DNA of 64,000 nucleotides from the NCBI RefSeq assembly GCF_002087085.1, contig NZ_MWQY01000011.1, forward strand, positions 1 to 64,000, in the 5' to 3' direction. A program made the translations under genes and the position numbers. Shown here piece by piece: positions 32,841 through 42,508 of this stretch. The notes beneath the pieces were generated by a model. It was not told the DNA's origin and did not search any database. It saw only the letters and a program-made list of their open reading frames with translations. Positions within the stretch are counted from its first letter, which is position 1, and each line of letters opens with the position of its first letter.

Positions 32841-33398
32841 ATGGAACGTGATGCCATCCTGCCGCTGATTCTGAAGGATGAGAAGGGAACCATTGTGGAT
32901 GTACTGCTGGAATCAGAAAAAGGACACCGTAAAAGCATCGAACAGAGGATAATCTGGCATGTCCACAAGGATACCGGCAGGCTTCTGCCCTACCGGGAGC
33001 AGACCCCCTTTAAGGAAATCCTGAAAAAAAGCGGATGGTACGAGGCCCTGCTCTTTTCAAATCAGGATACCCCGACGGAGTCAGCAGAGGAATCTGAGGA
33101 ATTATCGGAAGCTCCGGAAACCTCCGGGGCTGACACCCTTGGGCGCCTTGCCCGGGTTATCCGGCAGCGGCGCATCAATCTTCCGGAGGGTTCCTATACC
33201 ACCCACCTCTTTACTTCCGGGGAAGAGAAGATCCGCAAAAAGACCGGCGAAGAGGCGGTGGAACTGATTCTTGCCCGCGAACCCGGGGAGATCGTCTACG
33301 AGGCAGCGGACCTGATCTATCACATGCTGGTGCTGCTGGAGTCCCTGGGAATCGACTATTCCGCCGTACTGGCGGAACTGGACAAGCGATCGCGCTAG
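32841..33398 (+). CDS. hisE: Phosphoribosyl-ATP pyrophosphatase with a degenerate HisI-like N-terminus
   Basis: C-terminal GSYTTHLF...KKTGEEAVE...EAADLIYH. Confidence 0.85.
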   Translation: MERDAILPLILKDEKGTIVDVLLESEKGHRKSIEQRIIWHVHKDTGRLLPYREQTPFKEILKKSGWYEALLFSNQDTPTESAEESEELSEAPETSGADTLGRLARVIRQRRINLPEGSYTTHLFTSGEEKIRKKTGEEAVELILAREPGEIVYEAADLIYHMLVLLESLGIDYSAVLAELDKRSR

Positions 33399-33400
33399 GT

Positions 33401-33514
33401 TCACGGAGAATGGAAAGCAACCATGTGGGTTAATAGCTCATTATTAATGATTTCCTCAATCAAGATCAAATCGGAAAACGCTGATTCCATCCAACCTTCA
33501 GCAGGCTTTCTCAT
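33401..33514 (-). pseudogene. Truncated HEPN-domain protein (first 37 codons only)
   Basis: Manual translation MRKPAEGWMESAFSDLILIEEIINNELLTHMVAFHSP*. It matches the HEPN N-terminus W..A..DL...VAFHxQQ and overlaps the end of the MNT gene. Confidence 0.65.
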
Positions 33515-33770
33515 AGATTATCCTGCTTTTGGTATTTATATCCCAAAAGAATGAGCTTTTATTACTCAATATAAGCTCATATTCTTTTTTCGGGATCGTT
33601 TCGTTATCAAGCACCACGATAATATCGATATCACTATCGTTATGTAGATTCCCCGTTGCAGCCGAACCAAACAAGATGATTTTATATGGATCGACCTGCA
33701 TTAACGCTCCCGTGATTTGATCGATGTATTTTTCATATTCAAGCATCGCATTCATCATATGAGTGAACAT
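33498..33770 (-). CDS. Minimal nucleotidyltransferase (MNT antitoxin-like), probably internally deleted
   Basis: IILFGSAATG...SDIDIIVV; AT-rich; lacks the third-Asp strand. Confidence 0.7.
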   Translation of the reverse strand: MFTHMMNAMLEYEKYIDQITGALMQVDPYKIILFGSAATGNLHNDSDIDIIVVLDNETIPKKEYELILSNKSSFFWDINTKSRIIYEKAC

Positions 33771-33813
33771 ATTCTACCTGTCTGTACATGTTCATAAAAA
33801 CTCAGATTTCTAT

Positions 33814-33842
33814 TTGACAGCAGATGTCTGACGTCGTATAAT
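33814..33842 (+). promoter_or_regulatory. Consensus sigma70 promoter with a FadR/GntR-type operator in the spacer
   Basis: TTGACA (33814)-17 bp-TATAAT (33837); the spacer holds the near-palindrome GATGTCTGACGTC. Confidence 0.7.
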
Positions 33843-33869
33843 GAGTGCATGACAATCAGGGAGGCATCC

Positions 33870-34973
33870 ATGGATCTATCAGAAGAACTTCGGATTAAAC
33901 GCCAGAGAATCACACAGCTGCTTGAGAACCTCGATCTGGACGGCCTTTACCTCAAGAGTCAGGCGAACTTTTCCTGGGCCACCGGGGGAGGAATCAACAC
34001 GGTAGGAATAACCGGCGAACTGGGCGCAGCGGGGCTGCTATTTACCCGGAGTGGTGATTACGCTGTGTGTAATAATATTGAAGTGAACAGAATGGGCAGC
34101 GAAGAAAGACTCGAAGAGCTTGGATTCGTGCTCAAATCCTACACCTGGCACGAAAACAGGGAACAGCAGATCGTACATGAGCTTGTTGAACCCGGGCGTC
34201 TGGGAGCTGACTTCGCTTTTCCAGGCGCCCGGGAACTCAAGGCCGAGGTGGCCCGTCTGCGCTACTCCCTCACAGAGTCCGAGCTTGAGCGCTACAGGCA
34301 GCTTTGTTACCTGACCAACCTGGCTCTGGAGACAACGGCCGTGGAGGTTCGACCTGGAGACCGTGAGTGCGAAGTAATCGGGCGCCTGTCTGAACGTCTG
34401 TGGGCTGACCGCATCGATATTGTAACGACCTTCTGTGCGGCGGATGAGCGCATCGAGCAGTACCGCCACCCTGTGGCTACCCGGAAGCAGGTGGAAAAAA
34501 GGGTCATGCTGGGATGCAATGCCCGGCGAAACGGCCTGATTGTCTGCCTGACCCGTTTTGTTCAGTTCGGAACGGTCCCGGAGAAACTGAAGAAACAGTA
34601 CCGGGACAATGTCGAACTGGATCTCGTTCTCTGGACCAACACCGTCCCGGGCAGATCAGTTCAGGTGCCCTTCAAGGCCGTGGAAAAGGAATACCGGCGC
34701 CTGGGATATGACGGAGAGTTTAACCTTCATCATCAGGGTGGTGCTATCGGGTATGCCCCCAGGGATTACCGGGTTGATTTTTCTACCGAAGAAACAATAT
34801 CGGAAAATCAGCCCTTCTGCTGGAACCCTTCGATTACCGGAACCAAGAGTGAGGACACAATCCTTGCAACACAAGCGGGTCCGGTTCCCCTGACCAGACC
34901 AATTATATTTCCAAAACTGCATATGGATGTTAACGGCGCTCGTTTTGAGCGTGCGGACATACTCGTTTTATAG
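33870..34973 (+). CDS. Divergent M24 (pita-bread/creatinase-like) hydrolase
   Basis: Creatinase-like N-domain; LTRF, HHQGG, WNPS, KSEDT. GGAGG SD before 33870; alternative start 33849. Confidence 0.78.
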   Translation: MDLSEELRIKRQRITQLLENLDLDGLYLKSQANFSWATGGGINTVGITGELGAAGLLFTRSGDYAVCNNIEVNRMGSEERLEELGFVLKSYTWHENREQQIVHELVEPGRLGADFAFPGARELKAEVARLRYSLTESELERYRQLCYLTNLALETTAVEVRPGDRECEVIGRLSERLWADRIDIVTTFCAADERIEQYRHPVATRKQVEKRVMLGCNARRNGLIVCLTRFVQFGTVPEKLKKQYRDNVELDLVLWTNTVPGRSVQVPFKAVEKEYRRLGYDGEFNLHHQGGAIGYAPRDYRVDFSTEETISENQPFCWNPSITGTKSEDTILATQAGPVPLTRPIIFPKLHMDVNGARFERADILVL

Positions 34974-35003
34974 GCGAGAATAGATTTTTCAGGAGGCGTT
35001 TGT

Positions 35004-35990
35004 ATGAAAAGGAGAGTAATCCATTGTGCGGCGATACTGCTGGTTCTCCTACTAGTTAGTGGGCCGGTATTCGCGGAAGGACAGGCCGAGAAAGAGTACC
35101 CCGCCCGGGACATCGAACTTATGGTTCCCTGGGGTGTCGGCGGTGCGACGGACATAATGTTCAGAACCTTCATGTCGGTTCTTCCCAAGTATCTGGGAGC
35201 GCCGGTGATTATTGTCAACCGTCCCGGCGGCGGAGCGGTTCCAGGTTATGCCGAAGCAATGCAGAAAAAGGCCGACGGCTACTACTATGTTGCCTGGGCA
35301 ACACCCAGTATAACCAAAGTCCATATGAGCAAAACCCCCTACGATGCGGAAACCTTTGAGCCTGTTATTAACCTTGTGAGTGCTCCGATCTGGCTTCTGG
35401 TGCCCGGGGATTCACCCTACAAAAACCTCAATGACCTTCTGGCTGATGCGAAACGCCGCCCGGGACAGGTTACCCTGGGTAACGCGGGAGCTGGCGGCGG
35501 TACCCACATGATCGCCCTGGCCTTTGAGAATGCCGCAGGGGTACAATTCAACCATGTGCCTCATGCCGGGGGTGGACCCACCGTAGTTGCCGCAGTCGGC
35601 GGTCATGTGGATGCCATCAGCGTAGGTCCCCCGGAGGGCGTTGCCCAGCTCGAGAGCGGACAGCTCAGGTGCCTGGCGGTATTTGCAAAGGAGCGGCTCG
35701 AGGCTTTTTCTGACTATCCCACCGCGGTAGAGCAGGGGGTTGAGTTCTCCCTTGGCCAGTGGCGGGGAATTGCAGCTCCCAAGGGAACCGACCCGGCCCA
35801 GATCAAACACGTCCATGATGCCTTTAAAAAGACCATGGAAGATCCTGATTTTATCAAACTTGCCGATAATGCAGGGCTTCTGCTGGATTACAAAGGCACC
35901 GAAGAGTTCAAGGAGTGGGTAGCGGAGCAGGACAAGCTCTATGAGAATATAGTCAAGTCCAATAAGCTCGGTGACCGCTACGAGTACTGA
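35004..35990 (+). CDS. tctC: Tripartite tricarboxylate transporter substrate-binding protein (TctC/Bug)
   Basis: Signal peptide, [40 protein letters not shown]. Confidence 0.9.
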   Translation: MKRRVIHCAAILLVLLLVSGPVFAEGQAEKEYPARDIELMVPWGVGGATDIMFRTFMSVLPKYLGAPVIIVNRPGGGAVPGYAEAMQKKADGYYYVAWATPSITKVHMSKTPYDAETFEPVINLVSAPIWLLVPGDSPYKNLNDLLADAKRRPGQVTLGNAGAGGGTHMIALAFENAAGVQFNHVPHAGGGPTVVAAVGGHVDAISVGPPEGVAQLESGQLRCLAVFAKERLEAFSDYPTAVEQGVEFSLGQWRGIAAPKGTDPAQIKHVHDAFKKTMEDPDFIKLADNAGLLLDYKGTEEFKEWVAEQDKLYENIVKSNKLGDRYEY

Positions 35991-36021
35991 CGCAACAGTC
36001 TGACGTGTAATGCATAATGTG

Positions 36022-36052
36022 CAGGTAATACCGGGTCAGCCGGTATTACCTG
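36022..36052 (+). other. 13-bp perfect stem-loop after tctC (mRNA stabiliser or partial terminator)
   Basis: CAGGTAATACCGG-gtcag-CCGGTATTACCTG. Confidence 0.55.
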
Positions 36053-36074
36053 ATTTATCTATCAGGGAGTATCT

Positions 36075-36539
36075 ATGGCCAAGGCCAATATAGTTATAGG
36101 TTCGATCTTTTTTCTGCTGGCACTATTGATGTTCGCAGTTGCCCTTGATTTTCCGAAGCCCCAGGTCTCGGGACTTTCTCCCCGGGTGTTTCCCCAGTTT
36201 GTGGCTGTCTGTACCATGATCTTTTCCGCCATGCTGATAGTCAAAAATGTACGGCTTCTTGCGGGAAAGGATACTGTGGTGCAGGAGAAAAAAAAGCTGG
36301 ATTCTCAGTTTGCGGCACGCTTCGGTATCTTCAGCGCAGCGGGGGTTCTGTATGTTCTCTTAATTGATAAAATTGGATACCTTATAGCAACCCCTATTCT
36401 GATAGCAGCCACCATGCTCCTCTTCAACGAAAAACGCTGGTTTCGGGTACTGATGGTCTCGGTGCTCACGACGCTGATATTGTACATGCTGTTCCGCATG
36501 GTATTCCGCGTACCTCTGCCCAGAAATCCTCTGTGGTAA
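36075..36539 (+). CDS. tctB: TctB-family small permease
   Basis: Four TMs, PRVFP, C-terminal FRVPLP. Confidence 0.85.
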   Translation: MAKANIVIGSIFFLLALLMFAVALDFPKPQVSGLSPRVFPQFVAVCTMIFSAMLIVKNVRLLAGKDTVVQEKKKLDSQFAARFGIFSAAGVLYVLLIDKIGYLIATPILIAATMLLFNEKRWFRVLMVSVLTTLILYMLFRMVFRVPLPRNPLW

Positions 36540-36556
36540 TGTAAAAGGATAGGCTT

Positions 36557-38038
36557 ATGTCCGCATTGATTCAGGGACTTCAATTCGTTTTTACTCCCAT
36601 AAACTTTCTGTTTCTGTTTATCGGCACCGCCGGGGGTATTGTCGTCGGTGCCATTCCCGGTCTTACGGGTTCCGTTGGAATGATCCTGCTGCTTCCCTTT
36701 CTGTTTTATCTGCAGCCGGCGGTTGCCCTGATAATGCTTGCCGGGATGTTTTGCGGCGCCATTTACGGCGGGTCAATCTCGGCAATCCTGATTTCCACCC
36801 CCGGGACCCCTTCGGCAGCAGCTACGGTACTGGACGGCTACCCTCTGGCCCAGAAAGGAGAAGCCGGCAAGGCTATCGGTGTCGCCACCATAGCGTCCAC
36901 CTGCGGCGGGATTATCTCGACTCTGTGTCTTATATTTATCGCACCCCAACTGGCCCGGGTTGCCTTGAAATTCGGTCCGGAGGAGTACTTTGCCCTGATG
37001 GTCTTCGGGCTGACGGTAATCGCGAGCGTTTCCGGCGCTTCCCTGGTCAAGGGGATCCTGTCGGGACTGTTCGGCCTGTCCATTGCGGTTATCGGCATTG
37101 ATCCCATATCGGGCTACGATCGCTTCTCCTTCGGTATTCCCAACCTGATGACCGGGTTTCCCATGCTGCCGGTGCTGATAGGTTTGTTCGCAATTTCACA
37201 AATTTTTATCGAACTGCAGAAGATCGGGCAACCCCTTACAATCTATAAGCAGAAGATTAAAGGTGTTCTACCGACCAGAAAGGAGCTGAAAGACCTGTTC
37301 AAGGTAATAATTCCCTCCTCTTTTCTGGGGACTTTTATCGGCATTATCCCCGGAACCGGAGGGGCCATCGCCTCTTTCATGGCCTACAACGAGGCGCGGC
37401 GTTTTTCCAGGGACAAGGAGAGCTTCGGTGAGGGTAACATTCTGGGTATCGCGGCGCCGGAGGCCGCAAACAACGGAACCACCGGGGGCGCCATGGTTCC
37501 CCTGTTGTCCCTCGGAATTCCAGGAGACGTGGTTACCTCGGTTATGCTGGGCGCCCTGATGCTTGTGGGCCTCAGGCCGGGCCCGCTGATGTTCAAGCAG
37601 AATCCCGAGATAATAAACGCCCTCTTTGTCGGCTTTATGACCGCTCAGTTTCTGATTCTCGCCCTTGGCCTGTTGAGCGTACGGGTTTTTCCGGCCATAC
37701 TCAGGGTTCCCTCATCGATTCTGTTCCCGGTGATTCTGGCCCTCTGCTTTCTGGGGTCCTTTTCTCTTGGAAACAGTGTTTATGACATGTTCGTGGCCCT
37801 GATGTTCGGGATAATAGGCTTTTTCCTGAGGAAGTTCGGCTTCGCCATGGCCCCCATCATTCTCGGCATTATTCTGGGGCCCCTGGCGGAGCAGAACCTG
37901 GGGAAGGCCCTGATTATCTCCCATGGAAACTGGGGGACCCTGTTCAATTCCCCCATTGCCCTCTTCTTCTACGCCATTTCCCTGGCATCGGTCAGCTATT
38001 CCCTGATGCGCATGAAGAGGCCCAACAAGCAGCACTGA
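36557..38038 (+). CDS. tctA: TctA-family large permease
   Basis: GAIPGL, YGGSISAIL..TPGTP, DGYPLA, PEAANN, LSLGIPG. Confidence 0.92.
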   Translation: MSALIQGLQFVFTPINFLFLFIGTAGGIVVGAIPGLTGSVGMILLLPFLFYLQPAVALIMLAGMFCGAIYGGSISAILISTPGTPSAAATVLDGYPLAQKGEAGKAIGVATIASTCGGIISTLCLIFIAPQLARVALKFGPEEYFALMVFGLTVIASVSGASLVKGILSGLFGLSIAVIGIDPISGYDRFSFGIPNLMTGFPMLPVLIGLFAISQIFIELQKIGQPLTIYKQKIKGVLPTRKELKDLFKVIIPSSFLGTFIGIIPGTGGAIASFMAYNEARRFSRDKESFGEGNILGIAAPEAANNGTTGGAMVPLLSLGIPGDVVTSVMLGALMLVGLRPGPLMFKQNPEIINALFVGFMTAQFLILALGLLSVRVFPAILRVPSSILFPVILALCFLGSFSLGNSVYDMFVALMFGIIGFFLRKFGFAMAPIILGIILGPLAEQNLGKALIISHGNWGTLFNSPIALFFYAISLASVSYSLMRMKRPNKQH

Positions 38039-38129
38039 TACGGGAAGGGGCGGCATCGCCGTCCTGAACTGAAAGCAGAACAGAATCGGAGAAGGCAGGT
38101 CCGATGGCGACTGAAAAAAGGAGTACAGC

Positions 38130-39173
38130 ATGAAACTGCGATACGGCATTATCGGTACAGGAATGATAGCGGAACACCAGGCCAGGGCCCTGGGGGATGT
38201 GAAAGATGCTGAGGTAACGGCGGTGCTGAGCCGCAGCAGCCTGAGAGCCCGGGACTTCGCGGAAAAGTTCGACTGCAGGGCCTGCACGGATATGAGTGAG
38301 TTCCTTACGGAGGTCGACGCTGTCTCAATCTGCACCCCCGCGGGGCTGCACCTGGAATCGGCCCTGCCTGCCCTGGAGGCGGGAAAACACCTGATGGTGG
38401 AAAAACCCCTCGAAATCAGCCTTAAACGGGGTATGCAGATCGTCGAGGCGGCGGAAAAGAAAAACCTCAAGCTTGGCGGGATTTTCCAGTCCCGCTTTTA
38501 CGAGAGCTCCCGGGTAATTAAAAATGCCCTCGAGGAGGAACGCTTCGGCCGCCTGATTATGGGAGATGCCTACGTAAAGTGGTTTCGCAGCCAGGAATAC
38601 TATGACCGGACTGACTGGAAGGGTACGTTTGAGTACGACGGAGGCGGTACCCTGATGAATCAGGCGATTCACGCGGTGGATCTATTACAGTGGTTCATGG
38701 GACAGGTGCGGAGCGTCCAGGCCCGCTGCTCCATCCTGGGACACTCGGGTATCGAAGTGGAAGATACTGCCGCAGCAGTGCTGGAGTTCGATAACGGCGC
38801 CCTGGGGGTCATCGAAGGTTCGACGGCCGTGTATCCCGGATTCTTGAAAAGAATCGAGATATCCGGAACTCAGGGTACTGCGGTCCTGGAAGAGGAGGAG
38901 CTCAAGACCTGGAGTTTTGAGTCCGAGAGGCCGGAGGACCCGGAAATCCGGGAGCGCTGCGGGGTACAATCAGGCTCCGGCGGCGGAGCCTCGGATCCCG
39001 GTGCCATCAGCACTCTGGGGCACCGGCTTCAGTTTGAGGATTTTACCCGGGCCGTACTGGAAGACGGGGAACCGTTTATAGGCGGAATCGAATCCCTGAA
39101 ATCGGTGGCAATAATCGAAGCAATCTACGCAAGTGGAAAAAGCGGCAGGATGGTTCCGGTGGAGCGTTTGTAG
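38130..39173 (+). CDS. Gfo/Idh/MocA family oxidoreductase
   Basis: GIIGTGMIA, HLMVEKP, GGGTLMNQAIHAVD. Confidence 0.9.
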   Translation: MKLRYGIIGTGMIAEHQARALGDVKDAEVTAVLSRSSLRARDFAEKFDCRACTDMSEFLTEVDAVSICTPAGLHLESALPALEAGKHLMVEKPLEISLKRGMQIVEAAEKKNLKLGGIFQSRFYESSRVIKNALEEERFGRLIMGDAYVKWFRSQEYYDRTDWKGTFEYDGGGTLMNQAIHAVDLLQWFMGQVRSVQARCSILGHSGIEVEDTAAAVLEFDNGALGVIEGSTAVYPGFLKRIEISGTQGTAVLEEEELKTWSFESERPEDPEIRERCGVQSGSGGGASDPGAISTLGHRLQFEDFTRAVLEDGEPFIGGIESLKSVAIIEAIYASGKSGRMVPVERL

Positions 39174-39184
39174 TTTCCTGCCCG

Positions 39185-39892
39185 CTAACTGGCCTTATCA
39201 GACTTGCGGCGTACAAGGCGTTCGTGGCTGTTTTTCAGATGGGTCTGCATGAGGGAAAAGGCTTTGTCCGCGTCATGTCCCGCGATGGCTTTGTATACGG
39301 CAGTGTGTTCCTCCAGGGCCACACCGTGGTCCCGGATGGTCGGATTGGAATCCGCGTAGGTATTCAGGATTGAATCGAGAATGATCGGAACGACCCGCAT
39401 AATGATCTGGTTGCACGAGGCTTCGGCTATGCTGCGATGAAAATCCAGCTCTATTGCCATACCGATACGGTGCTCATGGACAACCTCCCGCATCTTTTCT
39501 ATGCACTCCCCGATCTTGTTCAGGCCCTTCTCCGTGGCGTTTTCCGCCGCCAGGCGGGCTACTCCCGGTTCAATGGCGAGGCGCGCCTCGGCCAGGGATA
39601 TCTGCAGGTCCGGGGCCAGTATAAACTCAAGACCCAGCGGGTCTCTGGCTAGCCCCGGGGCACGGGAGACGAAGGTGCCCCGGCCACGGACAATCTCCAC
39701 AATGTTCTGGGATACCAGGGAGTTCACCGCCTGCCGGATTGTGGGACGGCTGACCCCGAAGAGCCGGCCCAGCTCGATCTCGTTGGGAATCTTGTCCCCG
39801 GGTTTCAGGTGCTCGTTTCGTATGAGCATCTTGATGTGTTCGGTGACCTCGTCTGAAAGGCGGTGCCCCGAAGAGCCAAGCTTTTTGTACAT
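39185..39892 (-). CDS. FadR/GntR family regulator (FCD domain)
   Basis: KPGDKIPNEIEL...GVSRPTIRQA...RGRGTFV; DFHRSIAEA..N, EH. Confidence 0.92.
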   Translation of the reverse strand: MYKKLGSSGHRLSDEVTEHIKMLIRNEHLKPGDKIPNEIELGRLFGVSRPTIRQAVNSLVSQNIVEIVRGRGTFVSRAPGLARDPLGLEFILAPDLQISLAEARLAIEPGVARLAAENATEKGLNKIGECIEKMREVVHEHRIGMAIELDFHRSIAEASCNQIIMRVVPIILDSILNTYADSNPTIRDHGVALEEHTAVYKAIAGHDADKAFSLMQTHLKNSHERLVRRKSDKAS

Positions 39893-39966
39893 ACCAATAG
39901 TCTCCCAAAATACTGTATAGGAATACTATAAGAGGTAAGACAACTGTCGTCAATGGTTACAAGTGT

Positions 39967-40596
39967 TTATTGCACCTCGTCCAGCATTCTGGACTCCCTG
40001 TCAAGATGGCTCGTATCGCCCAGCACCCTGAGCCGCCAGGCTCCTTGAGCGTATTCGAGCATATTGAGGGCGCAGTTGTAGAGGGCAAAGCTGCGGGGGG
40101 CATTGTGGGGAATGTGCAGCACATGCCGCAGCATGGTGCTGATAAAGGCACCATGACTGACCGCAATAATCCTCTCATGAGTATGTTTTGCTGCAATATC
40201 CCGAAGGAAGGACCGGCCCCGATCCAGGAGCTGGTTCAGGGACTCCCCCTCAGGGATGATATAATCAACCTCGAAGTAGCGCTCCCAGATATCCGCGTGG
40301 CCGTCGCGGATATGATCGAAGGTGAGTCCGGTAAGAATGCCCACGTTGCGTTCCCGCAAACGGATATCGGATTCCGGTCTCAGTCCGCATTCATCGGCGA
40401 TAATCCGGGCCGTGGAAAATGCCCTGCCCAGATCGCTGGTGTAGACGGCCGAGGGAGACAGGGCCGCGATCCGTTCTGCCAGTAAACGGGCCTGGCGCTC
40501 TCCCTCGGATGTAAGAGGGCTGTCCGCCTGCCCCTGGAAGCGTTGCTGTGTGTTCCACTGGGTTTCGCCGTGGCGCAGAATGTAAAGTTCGGTCAT
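39967..40596 (-). CDS. Histidine phosphatase (phosphoglycerate mutase family)
   Basis: LRHGET, SDLGRA, LRER, GES, SHG. Confidence 0.9.
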   Translation of the reverse strand: MTELYILRHGETQWNTQQRFQGQADSPLTSEGERQARLLAERIAALSPSAVYTSDLGRAFSTARIIADECGLRPESDIRLRERNVGILTGLTFDHIRDGHADIWERYFEVDYIIPEGESLNQLLDRGRSFLRDIAAKHTHERIIAVSHGAFISTMLRHVLHIPHNAPRSFALYNCALNMLEYAQGAWRLRVLGDTSHLDRESRMLDEVQ

Positions 40597-40842
40597 GCCT
40601 GTCGAGAATACGTATTATGCCTGCCCTGGGCAAGAGCCGGAGTCGGTTCCTGCTAAAATCTTCCCCCAGCGCCCTCGGCATGGGCTGCTGGCCATCGAGG
40701 CAAACCGGGAAAATGGCCCAACGCCCTAAGCCCGTTGATGTCAGCACCTTTCGGCTTCTTGTTTTCTCCTCTTTTTCGCGGTATTCTTGAAGCAGAAACA
40801 GAATCCTCCGGTTCTACCATTTTGATAACGGAGGATATGTAG

Positions 40843-41232
40843 ATGGGAGATCCTGCAATGACCCTGGGTCCGGAAGAACTTCAGAAAATCGGTGATTATG
40901 TCCGTTTGCATCTGCCCGACTGGATGCAGGGGATGCCCGCCGCCGGGCGGAACAACGACATCATTGAACGCGCCGTACGGGTGGAGGAAGAGCTCAAGGC
41001 CCAGCGGGAGCTGATGCAGGTCCGTTTCGAGTCCCTGCAGGAGCTGATGGAGACCCGCTTTGAGGCGATGAACAGACGCTTTGAGTCGCTGCAGGAGCTG
41101 ATGGAGACCCGCTTCGAAGCAGTCGACAGGCGTTTCGAGGTGGTGGACAAGCATTTTAACAGCCTGCAGTGGACCATGGGGCTGGGCTTCACCCTCATAG
41201 CCGCGCTGATGGGGATTTTCAACTTTTTCTGA
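40843..41232 (+). CDS. Coiled-coil repeat protein with C-terminal membrane anchor (Bdr/DUF1640-like)
   Basis: GGAGG SD; repeats RFESLQELMETRFEAxxR; terminal TM LQWTMGLGFTLIAALMGIFNFF. Confidence 0.72.
   Translation: MGDPAMTLGPEELQKIGDYVRLHLPDWMQGMPAAGRNNDIIERAVRVEEELKAQRELMQVRFESLQELMETRFEAMNRRFESLQELMETRFEAVDRRFEVVDKHFNSLQWTMGLGFTLIAALMGIFNFF
41023..41130 (+). repeat. Two tandem 54-bp coding repeats
   Basis: Copies at 41023-41076 and 41077-41130 share the identical core CTGCAGGAGCTGATGGAGACCCGCTT. Confidence 0.85.
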
Positions 41233-41286
41233 TCCACCTTCAGCTGTATCATCATGTATGAGTGCAGGCATGGTGCTTCCCGACGG

Positions 41287-42369
41287 CTAAATCTTCCCCG
41301 CTATCCGGTCTCCCATCTCACCCGTCCCGATCTGCTTCATCCCCGGGGACATGATATCCGCAGTACGGTAGCCCTCGTCCAGAACGCCTTCGATGGCGGC
41401 GTAGATGTCGTCGTAGGCTTTGTCCAGCCCCAGGCTGTACTTCAGCAGCATCCCGGCGGAGAGGATCTGGGCGATGGGGTTCGCGATTCCCTGTCCCGCG
41501 ATGTCCGGGGCCGAACCGCCGGAGGGTTCGTAGAGACCGAAGGGCAGCTCGCCCTCGGAGGCCTCCGCCAGGGAAGCCGACGGCAGCATTCCCAGGGAGC
41601 CGGTTATCATGCTGGCTTCATCGGAGAGTATGTCTCCGAACATGTTGCCGCAGAGCATTACATCGAACTGTCGGGGGTTCCGGACCAGCTGCATGGCCGC
41701 GTTGTCCACGTACATGTGGCTCAAGCTTACATCGGGGTACTCCGCTCCCAGTTTTGTGATGACCTGCCGCCACAGCACCATGGTGGACAGGACGTTGGCC
41801 TTGTCGATGGATACCAGCCGGCTGTTGCGCCTGCGGGCGGTCTCGAAGGCCAGGCGACCGATGCGTTCGATCTCATCGGCGGTATAGACCATGGTGTCGA
41901 AACCCTTTACGCCGTCGTTTCCCTTGGGCTGGCCGAAGTAGATACCCCCGGTGAGCTCCCGGACGACCATGACGTCGAAGCCTTCGCCGATTATCCCGGC
42001 CTTCAGGGGAGAAGCCTCTTTGAGCTGGGGAAAGACAATAGCGGGCCGCAGGTTGGCGAAGAGCCCGAATATTTTTCGCAGCGGCAGGAGGGCCCCCCGT
42101 TCCGGCTGCTCCTCAGGCGGAAGGGTCTCCCATTTGGGGCCTCCAACCGAACCGAAGAGAACTGCGTCGGCCTTGCGGCAGGTTTCCACCGTATCTTCAG
42201 GCAAAGCCTTCCCGTGCCGGTCGATGGCGATTCCCCCTACGTCGGCGGGGGTAAAGTTGAAGGAAAGGTCGTACTTGCCTGCGATTTTCGCCAGGACCTT
42301 TTCGGCCTCCGCCATCACCTCCGGCCCGATTCCGTCGCCGGGGAGCACTGCTATGGTATAGGTCTTCAT
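41287..42369 (-). CDS. leuB: 3-isopropylmalate dehydrogenase
   Basis: [47 protein letters not shown]. Confidence 0.95.
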   Translation of the reverse strand: MKTYTIAVLPGDGIGPEVMAEAEKVLAKIAGKYDLSFNFTPADVGGIAIDRHGKALPEDTVETCRKADAVLFGSVGGPKWETLPPEEQPERGALLPLRKIFGLFANLRPAIVFPQLKEASPLKAGIIGEGFDVMVVRELTGGIYFGQPKGNDGVKGFDTMVYTADEIERIGRLAFETARRRNSRLVSIDKANVLSTMVLWRQVITKLGAEYPDVSLSHMYVDNAAMQLVRNPRQFDVMLCGNMFGDILSDEASMITGSLGMLPSASLAEASEGELPFGLYEPSGGSAPDIAGQGIANPIAQILSAGMLLKYSLGLDKAYDDIYAAIEGVLDEGYRTADIMSPGMKQIGTGEMGDRIAGKI

Positions 42370-42508
42370 GGAACCTCCTGTATTTCTGCATCTGTTGCTT
42401 AATAAATACTTAAGTAACCGTAATTATACTAAATATACTGTTCCGGGAAAAGAGGGCGGGTCCTGTGTATCTGTATTAAAATGCTGATTTTCGCTATACT
42501 CCCGGTAT

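Noticed and set aside
40700..40745. GGCAAACC...GAAA...CTAAG resembling a c-di-GMP-I riboswitch
   Set aside because: The P2 stem is too short and the GACGCAAAGC segment and P3 pairing are absent.
41023..41130. Tandem repeats as a possible CRISPR array
   Set aside because: They are in-frame coding repeats with synonymous variation, no unique spacers and no cas genes.
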